A DNA stretch of 64,000 nucleotides from a virus: the IMG/VR virus record IMGVR_UViG_3300020055_000004. One strand, written 5' to 3'. The notes below the pieces were generated by a model. That model was not told the origin of the DNA. It worked only from the letters and a program-made list of their open reading frames with translations, and did no database searches. The position numbers and the translations under genes were made by a program. This document shows positions 26,219 through 34,816 of the stretch, one piece after another; position 1 is the stretch's first letter, and the number at the start of each line of letters is the position of its first letter.

Positions 26219-28905
26219 TATGAGTATAGACGACCAGCACCATCGAGGAAATGATCTGCTGTACTGATAGATGATACTGCGGTCCCTATTGCTTTCTTTG
26301 CAGTATTACCCGCGGCTTCACCAATTGTTTGAGTACCTTGCATTACAGGCATCATGATAGGAATAATTTTTTGAGCTGTTTCTCGTGTCTCACCTTCAAG
26401 TTCTGGCATTACTTCATTATTAAGTACGGCTTTGATCATACGAGTAGTGTCGCCACCACCACCAGCAAAATCTATGGATTCGCGAATTACACTTTGACTG
26501 ACACCGGTTTCATCAGAAATTTTACGTCTTACAACACCACCTTTAATAATACGATTTAATTCTGCTTTAGCGTCGCCACCACCTAGCAAAACATTAATAC
26601 CACCCATTACACCTTGGCGCATTAATGGATCTTCGAAACCAATATTTTGATTAGCAACCTTACGCGCAACTCGGACACTAGATCTTTCATCTTCAGCAAT
26701 AAAATCTGCTATAGCATCATCTTCTAGAAGATCTTGCATCAACATTTGTGCTGCTTTATTAGGTGTCTTCTTCGCTGATGTCACGGGAGTGCTAGCTGGT
26801 AGTTCTTCTAACTCAGCCTGCGTGACTCGGACACTAGATCTTTCATCTTCAGCAATAAAATCTGCTATAGGATCATCTTCTAGAAGATCTCGCATCAACA
26901 TTTGTGTTGCTTTATTAGGTGTCTTCTTCGCTGATATTTCTTCTTGTGGTTCGGGCTCAGCGAAGTCTACACTTTTAGTTAGCTCTTTTTCTTGAACAAC
27001 TTCTTCCTGAACTTCATCACTAGTACTAAGAGGTGGCTCAGGTATAACACCAGATCCTATTTTTGGCGTTTCTTCTTTTACGACTAATTCGACCGGCTCG
27101 TCTTTATTGGCTTCCACAGTTTGCAAGTGTTGCTGTACATCTTCTACACTGGCATTTTCAAAGTCTGAAACTTCATCTTCTGTTATATTTAGCATTGAGG
27201 CAGCTACCGTACGACTATCAGGTTTTCTTGCCCATGCAACCCAAGCATCTATTTCCGCTTGGCTTATTTCTTCGTCTTCATTGGTTTCCACAGGAGCAGT
27301 AGAAGGTATTTCAGCACCACGCAATGGTGCACCTCGTTCTACACTACCAATTTTCCATTCATCACCATATTGATCTACAAAAACACTTTCTTTTGGTGCT
27401 GGTGCACTATCTTTTGGTTCTCTATTTTCAATATATTGAGCAGTTAGCATATCCATAATGCTTGTCATACCGTCTGTACCTAATGCATCAGACAGCGCAT
27501 ATACGATAGGACGATCATATTCTGCTTTATATTCATCGTCTAATTTTAGAAAATCATCATATGTTTTTACTTTCTTAAAGAATGATACAATGTCTTCTGG
27601 ATCTTCGGCTGTATCAAAATAACCTTCGCCTAATAGATCTCCAAGTAATTCTGCTCCTTGTTTATTACCATATTTTTCACGCATGGCTGCATCATCAGTG
27701 CCATTCGCAACATCAATTTCTTCACCTCTAAAGTGAGCAGCAATTGCACCTTCGATTGCATCTCCAAGTCCAGTGTGCTCATACAAGACTGTACCGGCAG
27801 TATATCCACCAACAAAAGCACCGGTTACTGCTGCGACTGGAGCTGCTAGAGCACCGGCTACTGTAGCACCAGCTGCAACCGCACCACTTCCCAATGCACC
27901 AGTTGATGCTAAAAGACCTGCACCTTGAACGGCGGCGGCTCCTAATGCAACATCACCAATAATTCCTGTTTCTTCGTCAGCGCGAACTACAGTATCTAAT
28001 ATAGATTCTTCGCTTTCTTCTTCACTTAGACCAGTATCATCGAATTCTGGTGGATCATCTATTTCTTCCTCGCCATCATCAGAATCATCAAGTAAAAGTG
28101 ATCCGACTGCAATACCCATAACACCGAGTATTCCCATACCCAACGTTGTAGTTGCAACTGCAGTAAAAGCTTTAGACGCGTCTAATAATGCCGAACCGCC
28201 TATACCGTCTTTTCCTTCAGCTTCTTCTTCATCACGACGTCTTTCATTGTCTCTTTTAGTTTTTTGATTTTCTTTTAATACTAATCCAAGTTTTTTAGCA
28301 ATCATTGCTAAGTTTTCATTGGTAGTATCTAGATCTGCGGTAACGATTGTCAGTTGTTGACGAAGATTATCGATGAGGGCATGAATATTACCAAGTTCTA
28401 ATATTCTGCTTGAAATGAATGTACCTGCTTTGATACGAGGATTTAAATCTTCCTGCAGATCATCTAATTCAATTGAAACGTCTTTTCTAATAATAAGACT
28501 TGAAAGATTCGCATCTGATCGATTAGCAGTAGATTCCAAACCTTCTAGGCTTGGCATTGCTCTAGCAAAAGCTTCCTCTAATCCTTCGAGTGTAATTACA
28601 GGATCATCTTTAGGTATTGGTTGTCCGGCTGTTTTATTACCCTGTGATGCACCTAATTTACCAGCTTTTGCATCCGCGGCACTACCACCTGCTGACTTGC
28701 CACTAAATAATTTGCCCATGATTCCGCCGATCGTACCAAATGCACCGGCGCCAACCATTTTTTTGACTTTATTTTTTACGGATTTTTTTGCAGCTTTACC
28801 AGCTTTTTTAGCACCTTTACCTGCAGCTTTACCCATCCATTTAGCGGCTTTGCCTGTCCAGCTAGCAACTTTTGATCCAACGCTTAAAATTCCTCCGACT
28901 GCCAT
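26218..28905 (-). CDS. Probable baseplate hub/tail-length tape measure protein (gp29-like)
   Basis: 895 aa, helical/coiled-coil with Gly-Ala hydrophobic stretches; downstream of gp26/gp51 as in aquatic T4-like phages; call mostly from synteny. Confidence 0.6.
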   Translation of the reverse strand: MAVGGILSVGSKVASWTGKAAKWMGKAAGKGAKKAGKAAKKSVKNKVKKMVGAGAFGTIGGIMGKLFSGKSAGGSAADAKAGKLGASQGNKTAGQPIPKDDPVITLEGLEEAFARAMPSLEGLESTANRSDANLSSLIIRKDVSIELDDLQEDLNPRIKAGTFISSRILELGNIHALIDNLRQQLTIVTADLDTTNENLAMIAKKLGLVLKENQKTKRDNERRRDEEEAEGKDGIGGSALLDASKAFTAVATTTLGMGILGVMGIAVGSLLLDDSDDGEEEIDDPPEFDDTGLSEEESEESILDTVVRADEETGIIGDVALGAAAVQGAGLLASTGALGSGAVAAGATVAGALAAPVAAVTGAFVGGYTAGTVLYEHTGLGDAIEGAIAAHFRGEEIDVANGTDDAAMREKYGNKQGAELLGDLLGEGYFDTAEDPEDIVSFFKKVKTYDDFLKLDDEYKAEYDRPIVYALSDALGTDGMTSIMDMLTAQYIENREPKDSAPAPKESVFVDQYGDEWKIGSVERGAPLRGAEIPSTAPVETNEDEEISQAEIDAWVAWARKPDSRTVAASMLNITEDEVSDFENASVEDVQQHLQTVEANKDEPVELVVKEETPKIGSGVIPEPPLSTSDEVQEEVVQEKELTKSVDFAEPEPQEEISAKKTPNKATQMLMRDLLEDDPIADFIAEDERSSVRVTQAELEELPASTPVTSAKKTPNKAAQMLMQDLLEDDAIADFIAEDERSSVRVARKVANQNIGFEDPLMRQGVMGGINVLLGGGDAKAELNRIIKGGVVRRKISDETGVSQSVIRESIDFAGGGGDTTRMIKAVLNNEVMPELEGETRETAQKIIPIMMPVMQGTQTIGEAAGNTAKKAIGTAVSSISTADHFLDGAGRLYS
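26669..26935 (-). repeat. 111-bp near-identical direct repeat (156-bp period) within the gp29-like gene
   Basis: Copies at 26669-26779 and 26825-26935 encode SAKKTPNKA[TA]QMLM[RQ]DLLEDD[PA]IADFIAEDERSSVRV. Confidence 0.9.
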
Positions 28906-29102
28906 TATAGATCCGCCACGCTAGTTTGATTTTTTTCTTTTTGTTTTTTTACTTTTGCCACAAGCATTTCTAAATACAACTCCCTTTCGAAAGGTATCAT
29001 ACTCTCTACTTCTGTCAAGGAAAACTTGTGGTACTGAGTTATATCAAAGCTTAGCTTATAATATGTGTAGAGGTCTATGTAACTCAGCCCAGCGTAAAAA
29101 AA
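28905..29102 (-). CDS. 51: gp51-like baseplate hub assembly module; no upstream start codon, probably reached by -1 frameshift from gp26
   Basis: FFYAGLSYIDLYTYYKLSFDITQYHKFSLTEVESMIPFERELYLEML...DL*; its TAA overlaps the ATG of the gp29-like gene. Confidence 0.75.
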   Translation of the reverse strand, partial: FFYAGLSYIDLYTYYKLSFDITQYHKFSLTEVESMIPFERELYLEMLVAKVKKQKEKNQTSVADL

Positions 29103-29794
29103 TCAGTGATACTCCTAAACACAACTCTTTTCTCTTTTCCTTGACTATTTTCGTACGTAACAACATGTTCAATTTTAGGTGAAGTCTCAAAAAAAGCACT
29201 TATCTTTTGATATGATTCGACGGGCAATGTATCAAGAAACATTGCTTTTTCATCATCTGGATAATTGTGCCATTCATAAATTTCATCATTATCAAATACT
29301 AAATCGATGCAGTGTAAAATAGTTTCATACAAAATATCAGTAAAGTTTTTTAAATCTTTTAGTTTTTCAGATAGTGATGGTGTAGGTGATTTTAAAGTTA
29401 CACCGATTGTATCAGTAATCATGATTTTATTTGTATGACCTTCAGGAAAAATAACCTCAACATCATCCAAATTTGTTTCTAAATCATACACGATACCGTC
29501 ATCACTATCTTCTACAGAAAATTTTACGATATTACTTACCGAATACGCCCGAAGTTTAATAAACAAATATTCTAAATCATATACAGGAATATTTTCAACA
29601 TTAAACTCTTCACTAAGTACACAGTTTTGTACTACTTGTTTTACTGCTGCATAGATATCCTTATCTTCCTTTGACTCTTTTGAGATAAGTAGAATCTTTT
29701 CTTCTTTAACCAAAAAAGGTCTGATAAGTATTTCTTTTTGTGTCGACGGTTGTACGATTGCAAAAGTCGGCGACTGTATTAATGGTAAACCCAT
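29084..29794 (-). CDS. 26: Baseplate hub assembly protein gp26
   Basis: LPLIQSP, RPFLVKEEKILL, DLEYLFIKLRAYSV; C-terminal DFF. Confidence 0.88.
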   Translation of the reverse strand: MGLPLIQSPTFAIVQPSTQKEILIRPFLVKEEKILLISKESKEDKDIYAAVKQVVQNCVLSEEFNVENIPVYDLEYLFIKLRAYSVSNIVKFSVEDSDDGIVYDLETNLDDVEVIFPEGHTNKIMITDTIGVTLKSPTPSLSEKLKDLKNFTDILYETILHCIDLVFDNDEIYEWHNYPDDEKAMFLDTLPVESYQKISAFFETSPKIEHVVTYENSQGKEKRVVFRSITDFFTLG

Positions 29795-29807
29795 AATCTA
29801 ACTCCAA

Positions 29808-30326
29808 TTAACTAATTTCAAATCTCGTAAATCTATAACTAACATTCAGTTTAGCAATATCATCTGTTTGACCCCAATTTAATGCTATAGGTTCAACAAC
29901 TGTAGGAAATGCTTCAATGAATTTAATCGTTTTTGCTAAATCACCCTTTCTATTATATACGAACACATTCATATCAATAGCATATTTAGCTAAATATTTT
30001 GCACCAAATTTTTGAGCTCCATCTAAATCAACAATTTCATTTGCCCATGCTCTATAGATTGCATATAAATCTGCTTTCTCATCCAAGAAATGATTCATCG
30101 AAACTTCTTGTGGCATATACTTATATGGAATATTATAGATTTTACCATTGCCATATGGAGAAAAATTATCTACCGACATAAATGCAACACCTGGCAGATT
30201 TACGCCTTCTGTTCTCAATTGCAATTCTTCTGTGCCACCGATTGGCGGTGCAATATTTACAGTAAAGGAATGTGAAGGCAAGGTGTCTTGCAATCTAGAT
30301 TTCCATTGACTGAGATTAATGGCCAT
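29808..30326 (-). CDS. Tail tube initiator/tail-tube-like protein (gp54/gp19 fold)
   Basis: VNLPG...EAFPTVVEPIALNW...LNVSYRF; synteny. Confidence 0.7.
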   Translation of the reverse strand: MAINLSQWKSRLQDTLPSHSFTVNIAPPIGGTEELQLRTEGVNLPGVAFMSVDNFSPYGNGKIYNIPYKYMPQEVSMNHFLDEKADLYAIYRAWANEIVDLDGAQKFGAKYLAKYAIDMNVFVYNRKGDLAKTIKFIEAFPTVVEPIALNWGQTDDIAKLNVSYRFTRFEIS

Positions 30327-30931
30327 TATTGTTGCCCTAAAATAAGTTTCTTAGAATCACGATATACACGTGATTTCTTACCTTTTCTAAATCTCTCTGT
30401 TGGTAACATCAGAGCGATATCCCATTCTTCATACGGTATCCATAAAAAGCGTGATCTAATATGGTTATTTAGATACCGTTTGACAGTAGGTCTAAAGTAT
30501 TTATATCTAGCTACGGAATTTAATAAACCATAACTTAGACGTAGTTTTTTTGATTCGCGAACTTGATCCATTCGTTCTATGGCATATAATCTATCCATCA
30601 ACCGAGCTCGGTATATCGGTGGCAAATAATGTAGATTCATACCAAGAAAACCATCATTATATCTTTCGAGAACGAAGATAAGAGGAAAGATGTCATAGTA
30701 GGGCAATGTTTCTTTGCCCTTTGGATCGTATTGAAACATATACATACGACCAACATCAAGCTCGGTCATTTTTTGAAATAGCCGTTCTTTGTTTCTTAAT
30801 TCGCGGCGTGTATTAACTTGTTTGACTGCACCTGCTGTATCTCTGTACCAGTCCCGTGCTTCTTCGTCACCAGGAAGTTGACCTTCGGCTTTACCTTGTT
30901 GTGCTATCTGTTGAAAGATATATGTTGCCAT
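30326..30931 (-). CDS. 2: DNA end protector gp2
   Basis: GRMYMFQYDPK..TLPYYD.FPLI...GMNLHYLP...LPTERF. Confidence 0.9.
   Translation of the reverse strand: MATYIFQQIAQQGKAEGQLPGDEEARDWYRDTAGAVKQVNTRRELRNKERLFQKMTELDVGRMYMFQYDPKGKETLPYYDIFPLIFVLERYNDGFLGMNLHYLPPIYRARLMDRLYAIERMDQVRESKKLRLSYGLLNSVARYKYFRPTVKRYLNNHIRSRFLWIPYEEWDIALMLPTERFRKGKKSRVYRDSKKLILGQQ
30498..30505 (-). promoter_or_regulatory. T4 late promoter TATAAATA (within gene 2)
   Basis: Exact consensus on the minus strand upstream of the tail-tube-initiator gene. Confidence 0.45.
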
Positions 30932-31374
30932 TAGAATTTAAGTCCTAGTTCTTTTTCTGTAATAATCACAAAATCCCATCCTCTACCCTTACAATATTTT
31001 CGAGCTTCGGTCCATTTCGCACTATTTACACCCCACGTCTTCACTTCATATAAATACTTTTTAGTGAGAGTTTTTTGCGGAGTTGGCTCTATGGTTTCTT
31101 TGAAAGGTTTAATTTCAACTACGACCACATCAAGTTTGCCTTCTCTGTTAATCTTTTTCACCCAAAAATCCGGATAGTATCGATGCATACGACCATCAAT
31201 AGGAGATCGATAAGGAATAATTAGTTCTTCACTTGCCCACTCATGGACATCAGGGTGGTCATCTAAATATTTCATGAACACCAGTTCCCATCGACTTCTA
31301 TAAATAATGTTGTGAGCGTCTCCTTTATACTTTACCGGATTACGAGGCTTGAAGATGCCCTTATAAGTCTTCAT
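30931..31374 (-). CDS. 4: Head completion nuclease gp4
   Basis: YKGD...YRSRWE, WASEE, RYYPDF, EIKP and N.AKW motifs. Confidence 0.92.
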   Translation of the reverse strand: MKTYKGIFKPRNPVKYKGDAHNIIYRSRWELVFMKYLDDHPDVHEWASEELIIPYRSPIDGRMHRYYPDFWVKKINREGKLDVVVVEIKPFKETIEPTPQKTLTKKYLYEVKTWGVNSAKWTEARKYCKGRGWDFVIITEKELGLKF

Positions 31375-31387
31375 ACAACTATTTATA
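31299..31387. promoter_or_regulatory. Pair of oppositely oriented late promoters for the divergent structural operons
   Basis: TATAAATA on + at 31299-31306 (toward gp48) and on - at 31380-31387 (toward gp4). Confidence 0.7.
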
Positions 31388-31397
31388 GGACAAAATA

Positions 31398-32666
31398 ATG
31401 CCTACAAACGATAAGATAAAATCTGCGGCAACGAAAGCACTGAATACGAAAATAAAAAATGTTGGAGCCGGTGCTGCGCAATTATCGAGTAAACTATCTT
31501 TTAATGAAAAGACACAAATTAATGCCATTAAAGACTTAGGTAGTCCATCGACGACAGCCGGTAAGTTACAATCAGATTCTACTGCTGCATTAAATAAATT
31601 GTCCAGAACTCAAAACTCTGCCATGAATATCGGCGCCGACATTGCTGGTAAATTAGAATCTCAAGGCGTTTTCAACAAGAATACAAAAGCTTTATTGAAT
31701 GGATCATTACAAAGTAGTGTACAAAATAAGATACCTTTGACTCAAGAATTTCCAAAGTTACCTGTTGATTTGTCAAACTGGAACAATCGTATCCCCAGTA
31801 ATTTTAAAACACCTCAAGAAAAAATGAAAAACGCTAAAGAAGCGCTTACTGGTATCTCAGACTTTAGATATAACGGTGTCATTTATCCTGCAGATCTTGT
31901 ACAAGAAGCGGCTGCATATGTAAAATTACAATTCTTTACTTATACTCGCGGCGATCCGTTTGCAGCTGGCTCAGTCAATCCTGCGGAATTTATATCACTA
32001 CCTTTGCCTGACAATCTTAGTTTTGCATTTAATGTCAAATATCAAGAGCGTGATACTGGTATTATGGGAGATGTGATGAATTCTTCTGTTGCTCAAGCTG
32101 CTATTAATGAATCTGCCAATAAGAAAGGTGCGGAAAGAATGAAATCTGCAGGCAGTGCACTCATTAATAGTTTATCTGAATTGACAGGCGATGATGCAAC
32201 GTCGGCGGCTGGTCAAGTCGCGATGCGAGCAGGATTCGCTGCATTAGAAAGTGCAAATGATATAGCAGGAGGATTGGCTGGACAAATTGTTGGATCTATT
32301 CCTAATCCACATCCAACGGTATTTTTTAAAGGCATGGAACTTCGACAATTCCAATGGTCATGGAAGTTTGTACCAAGAAGCGAGCAAGAAGCTAACGATT
32401 TGACTCAGGCATTGACTATGATTAAGAGATTTATTTTGCCCGAGAAAGAAAATAATTTTCTTAAGTATCCAAAAATGGTTCAACCTATTATTGAGGGTGA
32501 CAACGTTGCAATGTATGGTACATTTAAAAAGGCTTTAGTGAGTGCTTTTAGCGTTAATTATACAGGCGAAGGTCAATCTGCTTTCTTTGTAGATGGTCAA
32601 CCAGTTTCAATTTTATGTAATATGACTTTCCAAGAAGTTGAAAATTACACATCAGGCGACGCATAA
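31398..32666 (+). CDS. 48: Baseplate tail-tube cap gp48-like with low-complexity N-terminal extension
   Basis: YPADL, ISLPLP, NPHPTVFFKG..LRQFQWSWKFVPRS..EA, VNYT and TFQEVE motifs. Confidence 0.8.
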   Translation: MPTNDKIKSAATKALNTKIKNVGAGAAQLSSKLSFNEKTQINAIKDLGSPSTTAGKLQSDSTAALNKLSRTQNSAMNIGADIAGKLESQGVFNKNTKALLNGSLQSSVQNKIPLTQEFPKLPVDLSNWNNRIPSNFKTPQEKMKNAKEALTGISDFRYNGVIYPADLVQEAAAYVKLQFFTYTRGDPFAAGSVNPAEFISLPLPDNLSFAFNVKYQERDTGIMGDVMNSSVAQAAINESANKKGAERMKSAGSALINSLSELTGDDATSAAGQVAMRAGFAALESANDIAGGLAGQIVGSIPNPHPTVFFKGMELRQFQWSWKFVPRSEQEANDLTQALTMIKRFILPEKENNFLKYPKMVQPIIEGDNVAMYGTFKKALVSAFSVNYTGEGQSAFFVDGQPVSILCNMTFQEVENYTSGDA

Positions 32667-33526
32667 TGAAACATAATCAATATTTCAGAAAGTTTCCTCT
32701 AATCAGCTATAATGGAATTCCATCAGTTGATATCTTAACACGCGTAGATTTTCAATCTACTGTTAGAAAATATTTTGATGCTTTTTTTCAATACACAATG
32801 CAAGATGGCGAGAAGATAGAAGACATCTCATTTAATATGTACGGGGATGTTGATTTAGATTGGTTGTTATTGCATGCTAACGATATCATTGATCCCTATT
32901 ACGACGTACCTCTTGATAATCAAACATTTGATAGTAATATTCGAAAAAAATATGGATCAATTGAAACAGCTTTAAGATCTGTATATGCGTATAGAAATAA
33001 TTGGAGAAGCGACGAAACAATATTATCTGTCGCAGCATATAATGCATTGCCAGGTGAAAGAAAAAAATACTGGCAACAGGCACAAGGTGCGTTAGGCATG
33101 ACTCTAGGTTATGAAAGAAGTAGAGAAGACTTTTTAACCTCTACAAATATAATCATTTCTCTTAGCTATGCTGATGGAGAAGAAGATGAATTCGAAGTAG
33201 GTTCATATGTATCTAGTGATACGGCTACCGCTCAGGTCGCAGGATCTTTAAATGGCATAGTAACGTTACAACATATCAATGGTGATTGGGACAGACAATC
33301 TGATTTTGTTGTTAATGCAGTGGATGGTTCAAAGTCAATAACTTTAAAAGCTAATTCATATAAAAAATTATATGACGTAATACCAGAAGTTGAGCAAATA
33401 TATTACTCACAATATAGTGTATATGATTATGAATTTGATATAAACGAAAGAAGAAGAGACATATATTTGGTGCAAGATGCATCAACGTCTATCCTTAATA
33501 AACAACTTACAGACTTATTGAAATAA
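32666..33526 (+). CDS. 53: Baseplate wedge subunit gp53
   Basis: YFRKFP, LysM-like DGEKIEDIS..MYGD, KKYGS, YDYE..INE.RR.I. Confidence 0.85.
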   Translation: MKHNQYFRKFPLISYNGIPSVDILTRVDFQSTVRKYFDAFFQYTMQDGEKIEDISFNMYGDVDLDWLLLHANDIIDPYYDVPLDNQTFDSNIRKKYGSIETALRSVYAYRNNWRSDETILSVAAYNALPGERKKYWQQAQGALGMTLGYERSREDFLTSTNIIISLSYADGEEDEFEVGSYVSSDTATAQVAGSLNGIVTLQHINGDWDRQSDFVVNAVDGSKSITLKANSYKKLYDVIPEVEQIYYSQYSVYDYEFDINERRRDIYLVQDASTSILNKQLTDLLK

Positions 33527-33529
33527 ATC

Positions 33530-34813
33530 ATGGCTGATCCTTCTGAATTTGATGTATCTGATGTAATTATTCCGAATAAAGAGGTTATGCTTTATTCGTT
33601 TAATAAATCAAAAAAACTAAACATCTATCCACAGGTCACTGGGATCGATATTTTCGAATCCCTTGACAATTATACTATCACAGCAGAAATTTATATTGCT
33701 GATGGTATAGAACTAATGAATGAATTTCCACTAGGTGGAGAAGAAATAGTCGAAATTACTTTGCAAACACCTAATCGCGATTCACTTACGTATGAATTTT
33801 TTGTCGAAAGTATTCAGGGTTTGACTGTTAACACACAACAGAATTTACGTTCATACAGATTACGTTGTGTTACAAAAGATTTTCTTAAAAACTCGTTTAA
33901 AGTATTTACACGTAGATATAAAGATTTAAAATACGATGAAGCATTACAAGAACTATTAAATACGGATTTAGGTTCTGAAGTATCTCTTATGACAACAGAA
34001 AGTACAAAAGGAAAATTTGATTATGTTGTCAATAAAGTCAGACCCTTTCAAGTGATAGATATAATAAAAGAAAGAGCTGTATCAGCTGAAGGTAATAAGT
34101 CTTCGGCATTTGTTTTCTATCAAGACTCTAAAGGATATCATTTTCAAACAATTGAAAAACTAATAAAAGATAGAAAAGGTGGTGCTAGCCAAAAAGAATT
34201 CTTTTATGATACATCAAATAGAGCAGCAGAATATGATAAAGTAATTAATGCTAGAAATATGTTGGCTTATGAAATTATGAAACAAGGTTCTTCTATTACG
34301 AAAGTAAAAGATGGCGCAATGAGATGTCAATTTCGTGAATTTGATATTTTACGAGGAACATATTGGCCAGTACAAGAATATAATAATCCATCGGATCAAG
34401 CTTTGTTTGAAAAAACTGATGATTCGAATGATTTTAATAGCGCAGATTATAATTCATTTACTACTGAATTGCCAGCTGTTACAAGAATGATGGTAAAAGA
34501 TGGATTGCGTCCTGAAATGGAACATAATAAAAATGTACATTATCAGAGACCGTTTATACAACGTATGCAACAATATGGTGTAAGAGTAAAAGTATATGGT
34601 GATACTGGAATAAGGGTTGGTGATGTTATTAAATTAAATATACCAGATATATCAGGCACAACTACGACACCGAAACAAGCTCAAATTTTTAGTGAAAACT
34701 ATATCGTAGTAAATTTAAAACATCAACTTGAAAAAAGATCTAATTCTGATTTCGAGCATTTTTTAATAATGGAAGTGACGAAGCCAAATCAATACAGCAA
34801 GTCATTGGGGTAA
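33530..34813 (+). CDS. Baseplate hub protein (gp27-like)
   Basis: IFESL...P.GGEE...FVFYQD..GYHF...GDTGIRVGDVI; position between gp53 and gp5. Confidence 0.7.
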   Translation: MADPSEFDVSDVIIPNKEVMLYSFNKSKKLNIYPQVTGIDIFESLDNYTITAEIYIADGIELMNEFPLGGEEIVEITLQTPNRDSLTYEFFVESIQGLTVNTQQNLRSYRLRCVTKDFLKNSFKVFTRRYKDLKYDEALQELLNTDLGSEVSLMTTESTKGKFDYVVNKVRPFQVIDIIKERAVSAEGNKSSAFVFYQDSKGYHFQTIEKLIKDRKGGASQKEFFYDTSNRAAEYDKVINARNMLAYEIMKQGSSITKVKDGAMRCQFREFDILRGTYWPVQEYNNPSDQALFEKTDDSNDFNSADYNSFTTELPAVTRMMVKDGLRPEMEHNKNVHYQRPFIQRMQQYGVRVKVYGDTGIRVGDVIKLNIPDISGTTTTPKQAQIFSENYIVVNLKHQLEKRSNSDFEHFLIMEVTKPNQYSKSLG

Positions 34814-34816
34814 ATT

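Noticed and set aside
28955-29182. 75-aa plus-strand ORF from the track
   Set aside because: Antisense to gp26 and the gp51-like frame; no RBS
30931-31374. TnsA-like transposase
   Set aside because: The motifs and position next to gp2 identify it as head-completion nuclease gp4
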